34,184 nt of DNA from an uncultured Thermodesulfobacteriota bacterium (GTDB lineage: Bacteria; Desulfobacterota; S145-22), in NCBI GenBank assembly GCA_964589315.1, contig CAZPTH010000003.1, positions 1 through 34,184 on the forward strand, given 5' to 3'. This document shows positions 18,339 through 26,323 of this stretch, piece by piece. The notes under the pieces are model-generated. The model did no database searches. It saw only the letters and a program-made list of their open reading frames with translations, and was not told the DNA's origin. A program made the translations under genes and the position numbers. Position 1 is the stretch's first letter. The number at the start of each line of letters is the position of its first letter.

Positions 18339-20033
18339 TTATTCAGGCTTTTTGAAGATGAAGGTTGCCATCTTGCCTTTTCCGATGATGATGACATCTC
18401 CGGGTTTCAGGACCTCAGACTTGATCTGGTGACCCATCGTGTTGAGAAAGGTTCCGTTTGCCGAGGCAAGGTCTTTGACGACGATATTTCCCCCCTCTTC
18501 CCCGATCCAGGCGTGTTCACGGGAGACGTGGGGGTTGTCGATAACGATGTCACATTTGGCGGCGTCGCGCCCGATCTTCAACCCTTCCTTTGAGATTTCG
18601 AAGGTCTTCCCCTCTACGGGGCCGTCTTTCCCCACGAGAATGCCTGAGGGACCGGGGGCTTCCTTCGGTTTTTCGATCAGTGTAACCTCTTCAACGGGTT
18701 CCGGGGGAGCGACAGACGAGACAGATGGTTCTCCCCTTTTCCCACCTTTTTTCGCGATCACGATCACGATAATCAGGAGAATGAGGATTCCTACCCCGAT
18801 CCCCACGTAGAGCGCGACCTTCTTCCAAGACGTGGGGCATTCCCCTTTCGTTATCTTTTCCTGGGTAAGGCGCTGCAGCTTGAGGACATCGGGCTGCTGC
18901 GGCATCAGTTTCAGAACGGCGTCACAATATTTCATGACGGCGTCACATTCCTGTGCCTTATAGGCCTTCAGGGCCTGTGCCCACAGCTTGTTGAAAAGGC
19001 TTTCCTCAGTGGTCTTGATCCCCGCCCGGGCGATAAATTCCTTGACGGTATTGATGGGAACCAGAAAATTGAATCCCTGGATCTGCTGAGATCCCGACGC
19101 GGTTTTTTCGATGCTGCCCAGTGTGGACATGCCGATGACTTTGCCATTGGCGTCAAACGCCGGGCCTCCGCTGTTCCCGTGGGCGATGGGGGTATCGGTC
19201 TGGATGAGAGAGGCCCCCGTCGCGGTCAGCTTCTTCCCTGAGATGTGTCCCACGGTGACGGTGCAGTCCAGGATATTTTCCAGGCTTTTCTGAAGCATGG
19301 CATGGGAGAGGATAACGCCGGGGTACCCCGCGGCGTAGACGACTTCGCCCAGTTGGACAGAACTGGAATCCCCAAGGATGGCGACAGGCAGGTCCTTGGC
19401 CTCGATCTTGATGATGGCGATGTCTTTTCCCGTTTCCGATTCGTATTCAAATCCCGGGATATCCAGTTTTCCCGCGAAGCGTCCCATGGGGGGGCTGTAA
19501 TCCTTGACCTCGGCGGGATACTGCTTCTTGTTGGAAAGGAGGACCTTGAGGTCTTTCTTTATCGCCACCATGGTTTTGGGCTTCAGGATGCCATACAACT
19601 GGATGATAGCCGCCTTGATGCTCGCAGGATTGTTTTCTACCTTTCCGGACTGGATAAGTTTCGGGATGAAATGTTTCTGGATAACCTGCATCAGAAACAT
19701 TCTTTCGAGCTGTTTGTCGTTTTTCTCATAGTAAAACTGAACGACATGCCCGTTGGTGCAGATATACCCGTTCGGATTGATGATAAATCCGGACCCCGTG
19801 GATCCTATGCCCACGTCGTTGAAGGTCTTCAACCCGCTTTTCGTTTTTATTTGAACGCTTCCAGAAACTTGTGAAACGATGAAGACCACCGACGGCTTTA
19901 CCCGAAGAAGCATCATCTGGGCCGCTTCGTTGGCAGCATGGGATTTCCCCGGCAAAAGAAAGAGACCCGTAAAAATGAACAAAAAGATAATTAGAAAGAC
20001 CTTCCCCTGTTTCAAAGCTCTTCCACCTCTCAT
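18339..20033 (-). CDS. Trypsin/HtrA-like serine protease + TPR-like helices + TM + FHA domain fusion
   Basis: Signal peptide ending SHA; GSGFII, TNGHVV (His), KDIAIIK (Asp), TDTPIAHGNSGGP (Ser); TM VALYVGIGVGILILLIIVIVIA; FHA motifs IGRD, VSREH, DLASANGTFLN. Confidence 0.9.
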   Translation of the reverse strand: MRGGRALKQGKVFLIIFLFIFTGLFLLPGKSHAANEAAQMMLLRVKPSVVFIVSQVSGSVQIKTKSGLKTFNDVGIGSTGSGFIINPNGYICTNGHVVQFYYEKNDKQLERMFLMQVIQKHFIPKLIQSGKVENNPASIKAAIIQLYGILKPKTMVAIKKDLKVLLSNKKQYPAEVKDYSPPMGRFAGKLDIPGFEYESETGKDIAIIKIEAKDLPVAILGDSSSVQLGEVVYAAGYPGVILSHAMLQKSLENILDCTVTVGHISGKKLTATGASLIQTDTPIAHGNSGGPAFDANGKVIGMSTLGSIEKTASGSQQIQGFNFLVPINTVKEFIARAGIKTTEESLFNKLWAQALKAYKAQECDAVMKYCDAVLKLMPQQPDVLKLQRLTQEKITKGECPTSWKKVALYVGIGVGILILLIIVIVIAKKGGKRGEPSVSSVAPPEPVEEVTLIEKPKEAPGPSGILVGKDGPVEGKTFEISKEGLKIGRDAAKCDIVIDNPHVSREHAWIGEEGGNIVVKDLASANGTFLNTMGHQIKSEVLKPGDVIIIGKGKMATFIFKKPE

Positions 20034-20103
20034 GTATTCCTCCCTCTTTTTGAATGATTAAAACCTATACCTTGAATCACAGCCCTAAATTATTCACCAT
20101 ATT

Positions 20104-20195
20104 GTAAAAGTCTTTTACCTTCTGGCTTGCTTAATGTCAATAATGGGGGAGGTGTCGCTGACTTACTTGACAAACCCTCTTCAGATTCGTAAAGG
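20104..20195. promoter_or_regulatory. Back-to-back sigma70-like promoters with a palindromic operator candidate
   Basis: Minus TTGACA(20140-20135)-N17-TAAAAG; plus TTGACA(20167-20172)-N17-TAAAGG; palindrome GTAAAAG-T-CTTTTAC at 20104-20118. Confidence 0.45.
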
Positions 20196-20232
20196 GTAGT
20201 AACAAAATCTTAAGGGGAATGGAACTTCTTTA

Positions 20233-20754
20233 ATGTCTGAACGAAAAGGACTTGTCATCGTCAACACGGGGAATGGCAAAGGGAAGACAACAGCGGCACT
20301 TGGATTGGCCTTCCGGGCCCTGGGACATGGGTTTCGGGTTTTGATGGTCCAGTTCATCAAGGGATCATGGAAGTACGGGGAACTCGAATCGGCAAAGAAG
20401 TTTGAAAATTTTACCTTGATTCCCATGGGGCGCGGGTTTGTCTCCACGGACGGGAAAATTGCGGAGGAGGACCGTAAGGCGGCAGGCGAGGCCCTTTCAT
20501 ATGCGCAGGCTCACATGAAAGACTACGATATGGTCATCCTGGATGAGGTCATTTACGCCATAGGGTTTGGGCTCGTAGACGTGAAAGAGGTTGTGGACCT
20601 GATCAAGGAGAAGCCCGCAGGGGTTCACCTGGTCCTGACGGGGAGGAACGCCCCGGAGGAAATCCTGGAGAGGGCAGACCTGGTGACGGAAATGAGGGAA
20701 ATCAAGCATCCCTATCAGAAGGGGATCAAGGCGCAACGGGGGGTCGAGTTTTGA
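20233..20754 (+). CDS. cobO: Cob(I)yrinic acid a,c-diamide adenosyltransferase (CobO/BtuR)
   Basis: TGNGKGKTTAALG, VQFIKG, ILDE, VLTGR, DLVTEMREIKHP. Confidence 0.95.
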   Translation: MSERKGLVIVNTGNGKGKTTAALGLAFRALGHGFRVLMVQFIKGSWKYGELESAKKFENFTLIPMGRGFVSTDGKIAEEDRKAAGEALSYAQAHMKDYDMVILDEVIYAIGFGLVDVKEVVDLIKEKPAGVHLVLTGRNAPEEILERADLVTEMREIKHPYQKGIKAQRGVEF

Positions 20755-21647
20755 GCCAGACGGGATTGGAGTTCGGTTACTGTCAAAAGTATAATAAAAA
20801 AATTCCCCTCGATGAAAACACAGACTGTGTCCATCCCCATGAATATTGCAGGTTTCGGGCTTCCTGCATCATCAATGAACTTGGTAAGGAGAATCGCCGT
20901 CGCAAGCGGATGGCCCAGGCAGGGAGGCTCGGGGTTCTCTATGGCATCGGGGTAGGCCCTGGAGACCCGTCCATGATTACGCTCCAGGCCATCGATTGTC
21001 TGAAACGCCTCGATGTCATCTTTGCCTCCAAAAAGGCGGGTGTCGCGGAAAGTATCGCCCATACGGTGGTAAAGGAGCACCTTTCTCCCTCGGCGGAGGT
21101 TCGGTTCCTCGAGTTTCAGGCCACCTATGACCGGGAGGCCTTTGATGCCGTGTGGGCGGAAAACGCGAAGAAAGTGGGGGAAGTCCTGAAAACGGGAAAG
21201 GACTGTGGCTACATTACCCTGGGGGATCCCTCCCTTTACAGCACCTTTTCACACCTGATACGGAACCTCCGGAAACAGGAACCCGCGGTAAGAATCGAAA
21301 TCATTCCCGGTGTTTCGATGGTAATGGCCGCCGCAAATCTCCTGAATGTCCCCCTCGCCATCGATGGGGAGACATTGTCTCTGATCCCCTCGGCCCAGAT
21401 TGACCCGGAGCATCTCCACAAGTTGATACGGACCTCCGACAACCTTGTTTTCATGAAGATCCCAAGCGATGCCCAGGAGCTCCTCAGACGTCTCGAGGAA
21501 GAGGGGCTTCTGCACCATGCCATCTGGATCCAGAAATGCTGCCTCCCAGGCCAGCGGGTCGTAAAGGAGTTGAACGTGGAGACCCTGGAAGAGGAACAGG
21601 AGAGGTATTTGTCTCTCATGATTGTGAAAAAGAAGGTCATGATTTGA
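20751..21647 (+). CDS. cbiL: Precorrin-2/cobalt-factor II C20-methyltransferase with a possible Cys-rich N-terminal extension
   Basis: LYGIGVGPGDPSMIT, TLGDPSLYSTF, IIPGVS, YLSLMIV. The TTG start overlaps the cobO stop; alternative in-frame ATG at 20910. Confidence 0.85.
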   Translation: MSQTGLEFGYCQKYNKKIPLDENTDCVHPHEYCRFRASCIINELGKENRRRKRMAQAGRLGVLYGIGVGPGDPSMITLQAIDCLKRLDVIFASKKAGVAESIAHTVVKEHLSPSAEVRFLEFQATYDREAFDAVWAENAKKVGEVLKTGKDCGYITLGDPSLYSTFSHLIRNLRKQEPAVRIEIIPGVSMVMAAANLLNVPLAIDGETLSLIPSAQIDPEHLHKLIRTSDNLVFMKIPSDAQELLRRLEEEGLLHHAIWIQKCCLPGQRVVKELNVETLEEEQERYLSLMIVKKKVMI

Positions 21648-21751
21648 ACTGTGATGCCCTTAAATGGGTTCGTAACAAGGAGGATGTGGAGACCTTCCAG
21701 AATTGATACACTCGCAAAATGTCAGAATTAGAGGAGGTATAAAGAACGGCC

Positions 21752-22171
21752 ATGAAGAGTTACAGGAAGGAACTCTGGTTTAACATCCCGACCCGTCGGG
21801 CCTTTGTGAATATTACCCCGGAGGTCAGTGAATGCCTGCGTGAAAGCGGCATAAAAGAAGGGTTATGCCTGGTGAATGCCATGCATATTACGGCCTCCGT
21901 TTTCATTAACGATGACGAAAAGGGGTTGCACCAGGACTACGAACGCTGGCTCGAATGGCTGGCACCCCATGAGCCTGTCTCCAAGTATCAACACAACCGA
22001 ACGGGGGAGGATAACGGGGACGCCCATCTGAAACGCCAGGTCATGGGCCGGGAGGTCGTTGTGGCAGTGACGGACGGAAGACTCGATTTCGGCCCGTGGG
22101 AGCAGATCTTTTACGGGGAGTTCGACGGGCGGCGCCGCAAGCGGGTCCTCGTCAAGATCATCGGGGAATGA
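21752..22171 (+). CDS. yjbQ: YjbQ/UPF0047 family protein
   Basis: [33 protein letters not shown]; GAGGAGG Shine-Dalgarno. Confidence 0.92.
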   Translation: MKSYRKELWFNIPTRRAFVNITPEVSECLRESGIKEGLCLVNAMHITASVFINDDEKGLHQDYERWLEWLAPHEPVSKYQHNRTGEDNGDAHLKRQVMGREVVVAVTDGRLDFGPWEQIFYGEFDGRRRKRVLVKIIGE

Positions 22172-22235
22172 GGGAGACTACATTGACATTACCCTGAAAA
22201 TATGATTTTTTACCTTTTTTGATTGGAGGTTTTGT

Positions 22236-22466
22236 TTGAAAGGGTCCATAAAGATTGATTCTAATCTCTGCAAGGGATGCGCGTTTTGCGTGGAGGCATG
22301 CCCCAATGACCTGATCGAGATCGGGTCTCGGCGGAACGCGATGGGGTATTTTTACGCGATTGTGAAAAAGGAGAAGGCCAAGGACGGCAAGGGGTGCACG
22401 GGATGCACCCTCTGCGCCGTCATGTGCCCGGAAGTAGCCATCGAGGTGTATCGTGAAAAGAGATGA
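22236..22466 (+). CDS. 2-oxoacid:ferredoxin oxidoreductase delta subunit (2x[4Fe-4S])
   Basis: CKGCAFCVEACP and CTGCTLCAVMCP; GGAGG before the TTG start. Confidence 0.9.
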   Translation: MKGSIKIDSNLCKGCAFCVEACPNDLIEIGSRRNAMGYFYAIVKKEKAKDGKGCTGCTLCAVMCPEVAIEVYREKR

Positions 22467-23535
22467 AAAACCTTCCCTGATGCGGGGAAGCCATATTGTC
22501 GCAGAGGCAGCCGTTCGGGCGGGGTGTCGTTATTATTTCGGGTATCCCATTACTCCCCAGAACGAACTGCCGGAATATATGTCGAAACGCCTTCCCGAGG
22601 TCGGGGGTGTTTTTGTCCAGGCGGAGAGTGAAATCGCCTCCATCAACATGGTCATTGGTGCCAGCATGGCGGGGGCGCGGGTCATGACCTCCTCGTCGTC
22701 TCCGGGAATCAGCCTCAAGCAGGAAGGTATTTCCTACCTGGGTGGCCTTGAACTGCCGGCGGTCATCGTCAACATGATGCGCGGCGGTCCCGGGCTTGGG
22801 AATATCGCCCCATCGCAGTCCGATTATTTTCAGGCGACCCGGGGGGGTGGCCACGGGGATTATCGTACCATCGTCCTCGCGCCCGCCTCGGGGCAGGAGC
22901 TCTGTGACCTGACTTACAAGGCCTTTGATATGGCGGATCATTATCGAAATCCCGTCCTCATCCTGGCGGATGGGATGATGGGCCAGATGATGGAACCGGT
23001 TCGGTTTCCTGTCCCCAGGGATGTGGGAAAACTCCCAAAGAAGCCCTGGGCCATCACGGGGGCGAAGGGGAGAAAGAGCCACTTCATCCGATCCCTCATC
23101 CTGGATCCCGGTCAGATGGAGGAACACAACTGGAAGCTGATCCGAAAGTATGAACAGATTGCGGATTCCGAGGTAAGGTTTGAATCTTTCAAGGTGGATG
23201 ACGCGGACCTGGTGATCGTGGCCTTCGGAACCGCGGCCCGCATCGCGAAGGCGGCGGTCAAGCGGGCCCGGAACGAGGGGCTCAAGGTGGGGCTTTTCCG
23301 GCCTATTACCCTGTGGCCTTATCCGTCGAAGGAACTTCGCGACCTGTCGAAACGGGTCAAACACTTTTTCGTGTTTGAACTGAACGCGGGTCAAATGATC
23401 GAGGATGTGCAACTGGCGCTCGGGGGACAGGCGGATGTCTTTTTCTATGGCAGACCCGGAGGGGTTGTGCCGAATCCGGCCGAGATTTCGAGGATTGTGT
23501 CCCGCCAGTTTTTTCAGAAGGAGATTGGTAAATGA
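22453..23535 (+). CDS. vorB: 2-oxoacid:ferredoxin oxidoreductase alpha subunit (VorB-type)
   Basis: YFGYPITPQ, QAESEIA, TSSSSPGISLKQE, RGGPGLG, GGGHGDY. Confidence 0.9.
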   Translation: MKRDEKPSLMRGSHIVAEAAVRAGCRYYFGYPITPQNELPEYMSKRLPEVGGVFVQAESEIASINMVIGASMAGARVMTSSSSPGISLKQEGISYLGGLELPAVIVNMMRGGPGLGNIAPSQSDYFQATRGGGHGDYRTIVLAPASGQELCDLTYKAFDMADHYRNPVLILADGMMGQMMEPVRFPVPRDVGKLPKKPWAITGAKGRKSHFIRSLILDPGQMEEHNWKLIRKYEQIADSEVRFESFKVDDADLVIVAFGTAARIAKAAVKRARNEGLKVGLFRPITLWPYPSKELRDLSKRVKHFFVFELNAGQMIEDVQLALGGQADVFFYGRPGGVVPNPAEISRIVSRQFFQKEIGK

Positions 23536-24296
23536 AAAAGGTTTTCGAAAGACCCAAGTCCCTCAAGCCCAATCCCTATCACTACTGCCCGGGGTGTGGC
23601 CATAGTCTGCTTCACCGGATTGTGGCGGAGGTGATTGACGAAATGGGAGCCGAGGAGATTGCCATCGGGGTCCCACCGGCGGGCTGTGCCGTTTTGGCCT
23701 ATAACTATTTCGACGTGGACATGGGTGAGGCCGCCCATGGACGGGGGGCCGCCCTGGCTACCGGGGTGAAGCGGGTCTTGCCCGACCACCTGGTCTTTAC
23801 CTACCAGGGAGATGGAGATATCGCGGCCATCGGAACGGCGGAGACGGTCCATGCCGCGAACCGGGGAGAAAAGATTACCTGCATCTTTGTGAACAACGCC
23901 GTTTACGGCATGACGGGAGGACAGATGGCCCCCACCACCATCCTTGGGCAACCAACCACCACCTCCCCGGGCGGGAGAGAGGGAAACCGGGACGGATTTC
24001 CCCTCAACCTGAGCGAGATGCTGGCTGTGACCCGTGGAAGCGTCTATATCGAGCGGACGTCCGTGACCTCGCCTGCGGGAATCCGGGCGACGAAGAAGGC
24101 GGTCCGCAAGGCCTTCGAAATACAGTTGAAGGGGCTGGGGTTCACCCTTGTTGAGGTCCTGTCTCCCTGTCCCACGAACCTCAAAATGAGCCCCATAGAG
24201 GCCTGCAAGTGGGTGGACACCGAGATGGTTAACTACTTCCCCCTTGGGGTTATCAAGGATGTCACGGCCTCCGGGGAGGCACAAAATGCTGATTAA
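23532..24296 (+). CDS. 2-oxoacid:ferredoxin oxidoreductase beta subunit (TPP-binding)
   Basis: HYCPGCGH, YQGDGD...NNAVYGMTGGQ, LSPCPTN. Confidence 0.92.
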   Translation: MKKVFERPKSLKPNPYHYCPGCGHSLLHRIVAEVIDEMGAEEIAIGVPPAGCAVLAYNYFDVDMGEAAHGRGAALATGVKRVLPDHLVFTYQGDGDIAAIGTAETVHAANRGEKITCIFVNNAVYGMTGGQMAPTTILGQPTTTSPGGREGNRDGFPLNLSEMLAVTRGSVYIERTSVTSPAGIRATKKAVRKAFEIQLKGLGFTLVEVLSPCPTNLKMSPIEACKWVDTEMVNYFPLGVIKDVTASGEAQNAD

Positions 24297-24837
24297 GACG
24301 ATTTTCGCCGGATTCGGGGGACAGGGCGTTCTTTCCATGGGCTACGTGCTGGCCTACTCGGCCATGGTGGAGGGACTTCAGGTAACGTATCTTCCCTCTT
24401 ATGGCGCGGAGGTGCGGGGAGGAACGGCCAACTGTACCGTGGCCATTTCAAATGAGGAAATCGCGTCCCCTATCGCGTCATCCCCCGACAACGTGGTCGT
24501 GATGAATAACCCCTCCCTCGAGAAGTTCCAGCACCAGATCCTGACGGGGGGTGTGATGTTTATCAACAGCAACCTGGTGGAGAGCCGCCCGGTTCGAGGG
24601 GATATCGTCCTTTACGAGATCCCCTGTAATGATTTAGCCCATGAACTGGGGAGTGACCAGAGCGCCAACATGGTCATGCTCGGGGGATTTATCGAAAAGA
24701 CCGGCCTGGTAAAACTTGAGAGCGTTCGAAACGCCATCTCGGATGTCTTCAAGGAGAAGAAAAAGGCGAAAGAGATGAATTTGAAGGCCCTCGATATAGG
24801 ATTTAACTATATGAGAAACAATGGAGGGAACGCCTGA
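24286..24837 (+). CDS. 2-oxoacid:ferredoxin oxidoreductase gamma subunit
   Basis: AGFGGQG, PSYGAEVRGG, ANMVMLG; start reassigned to ATG 24286 behind GGGAGG. Confidence 0.92.
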   Translation: MLIKTIFAGFGGQGVLSMGYVLAYSAMVEGLQVTYLPSYGAEVRGGTANCTVAISNEEIASPIASSPDNVVVMNNPSLEKFQHQILTGGVMFINSNLVESRPVRGDIVLYEIPCNDLAHELGSDQSANMVMLGGFIEKTGLVKLESVRNAISDVFKEKKKAKEMNLKALDIGFNYMRNNGGNA

Positions 24838-25262
24838 TGGCCATCAAGCAGATATCGATCAGCCTGGAAAACGTTCCGGGCAAACTATCGGAAGTAAGTG
24901 AGATTCTCGGTAAAAACGGAATAAACATCATCGCCATAAGCGTGGTGGATGCGGCGGATATCAGCTCTATCCGGATCGTGGTAAACGATCCCGAGAAGGC
25001 GATCGAGGTCCTGAAGAGCAATCACTATATTATTCATCCCACGGATGTCCTGGCGGCGGAGGCCCCGAATCATCCCGGGGGGCTCAATGCCATCCTGAAG
25101 CCCTTGAAAGAACGGAACATCAATGTTTCCTATCTCTATCCCGTCCTGGGCACGAAGGACAAGACCGTTCTGATCGTGGGAGTGGACCGCCTGGAAGAGG
25201 CGGAAGAGGTCCTGAACCAGAACTGGGTCAAGTTGATCGGGGAAGAGCTCTACAGTTTGTAA
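24837..25262 (+). CDS. Tandem ACT-domain protein
   Basis: KQISISLENVPGKL...INIIAIS and PNHPGGL...INVSYLY; TGATG coupling to the gamma subunit gene. Confidence 0.88.
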   Translation: MAIKQISISLENVPGKLSEVSEILGKNGINIIAISVVDAADISSIRIVVNDPEKAIEVLKSNHYIIHPTDVLAAEAPNHPGGLNAILKPLKERNINVSYLYPVLGTKDKTVLIVGVDRLEEAEEVLNQNWVKLIGEELYSL

Positions 25263-25282
25263 CGTTGCAACGGGACAAAGAG

Positions 25283-25320
25283 AAAGGCCCGCTCCGTCGA
25301 GCGGGCCTTTTTTACTTTTT
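25283..25320 (+). terminator. Rho-independent terminator, possibly bidirectional
   Basis: AAAGGCCCGCTC-CGTC-GAGCGGGCCTTT followed by a T tract, between convergent genes. Confidence 0.9.
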
Positions 25321-25342
25321 TATGCTCGTTGACTCTTGGTGG

Positions 25343-26191
25343 TTACGCGTAACTGTGGAGACCCGAAATGAGGTAGTTGACCCCGAAGTAGGTGAACAAG
25401 ACGGCGACGAACCCCAGGACTGAGAGATAAGCAGCCTTTTTCCCGTGCCACCCCCGCGTGTATCGGGCGTGGAGGAAGGCGGCATAGATAAACCAGGTAA
25501 TCAGGGACCACGTTTCCTTGGGATCCCAGCTCCAGTAGCTCCCCCAGGCGTAATTGGCCCACATGGCCCCCGTGATGATCCCGATGGTCAGCATGGGAAA
25601 CCCGATGATAATCGACTTGTAATTGGCGTCATCCAGGACCCTTGTCTCTGGAAGCCAGGAGATGGGATTTCCCGCCTTCTTCCTCTTGCTCTGGAGGAGG
25701 TAAAGGAGGCTGACCACGAAGGCCGCCGCAAAGGCGGCGTAACCGAAGAAACAGGTCGTCACGTGAATCGTGAGCCAGTTGCTCTGAAGGGCGGGGATCA
25801 ACGGCGTGATCCTGTCACTGACCCCTGGGATAATGGAAGTGGCGGCAATGGCCAGGAAGGCAAGGGGAACGAAAAAGACCCCGATGACCTTGCGTTTGTA
25901 TCGCCATTCGAAGATGAGGTAGATAAAAATCATGGTCCATGAGAAGAAGATCAGGGACTCATACATGTTGGAAAGGGGAACGTATCCGTAACCCGTGAGA
26001 TGTGTTTCATGCCACCGGAAGGCGATGCCCGCCGTGTGAACCAGGAAGCCGAAAACGAGAACCAGGGTGGCCACCGTTCCCAGCTTTTTGTTCTTGAAGG
26101 CCATGAAGGCCAGATAGCAAAGGGTTGCCACGATGTAGGTCATCATGGCAATCCCGAAGAGTTTTGAACTGATCATTGGAACCTGGTGCAT
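25343..26191 (-). CDS. ccsB: Cytochrome c biogenesis system II heme-handling membrane protein (CcsB/ResC/CcsA family)
   Basis: WWD domain WGSYWSWDPKETW, LQSNWLTIH, C-terminal GLHSY, multiple TM helices. Confidence 0.93.
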   Translation of the reverse strand: MHQVPMISSKLFGIAMMTYIVATLCYLAFMAFKNKKLGTVATLVLVFGFLVHTAGIAFRWHETHLTGYGYVPLSNMYESLIFFSWTMIFIYLIFEWRYKRKVIGVFFVPLAFLAIAATSIIPGVSDRITPLIPALQSNWLTIHVTTCFFGYAAFAAAFVVSLLYLLQSKRKKAGNPISWLPETRVLDDANYKSIIIGFPMLTIGIITGAMWANYAWGSYWSWDPKETWSLITWFIYAAFLHARYTRGWHGKKAAYLSVLGFVAVLFTYFGVNYLISGLHSYA

Positions 26192-26224
26192 TGTTTCGCC
26201 CCTTTCATCAATTATCGCTATTAT

Positions 26225-26252
26225 ATACTAACAGCAGGAGGGAAAATGTCAA
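26225..26252 (-). promoter_or_regulatory. sigma70-type promoter of ccsB
   Basis: TTGACA(26252-26247)-N16-TAGTAT with an extended -10 TG. Confidence 0.55.
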
Positions 26253-26323
26253 ACAAAATGACGCGATTAAGGGATCTTTTTCTCTCTTTTAGACTGCTTT
26301 TGCCCGCGGGAAAAGTCCCTCCG

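Noticed and set aside
14982-20033. Reading the kinase/PP2C/FHA genes as a T6SS regulatory module or a known anti-phage kinase system
   Set aside because: No tss, vgrG or hcp genes and no vWA or nuclease partner in the window; exported and TM features point to envelope signalling. Not excluded genome-wide.
20034-20232. Cobalamin riboswitch upstream of cobO
   Set aside because: No B12-box or conserved core seen, and the available leader is too short.
22183-22206. TTGACA...TATGAT upstream of the oxidoreductase operon
   Set aside because: Spacing is only 12 nt; a promoter here is likely but this pairing is not supportable.
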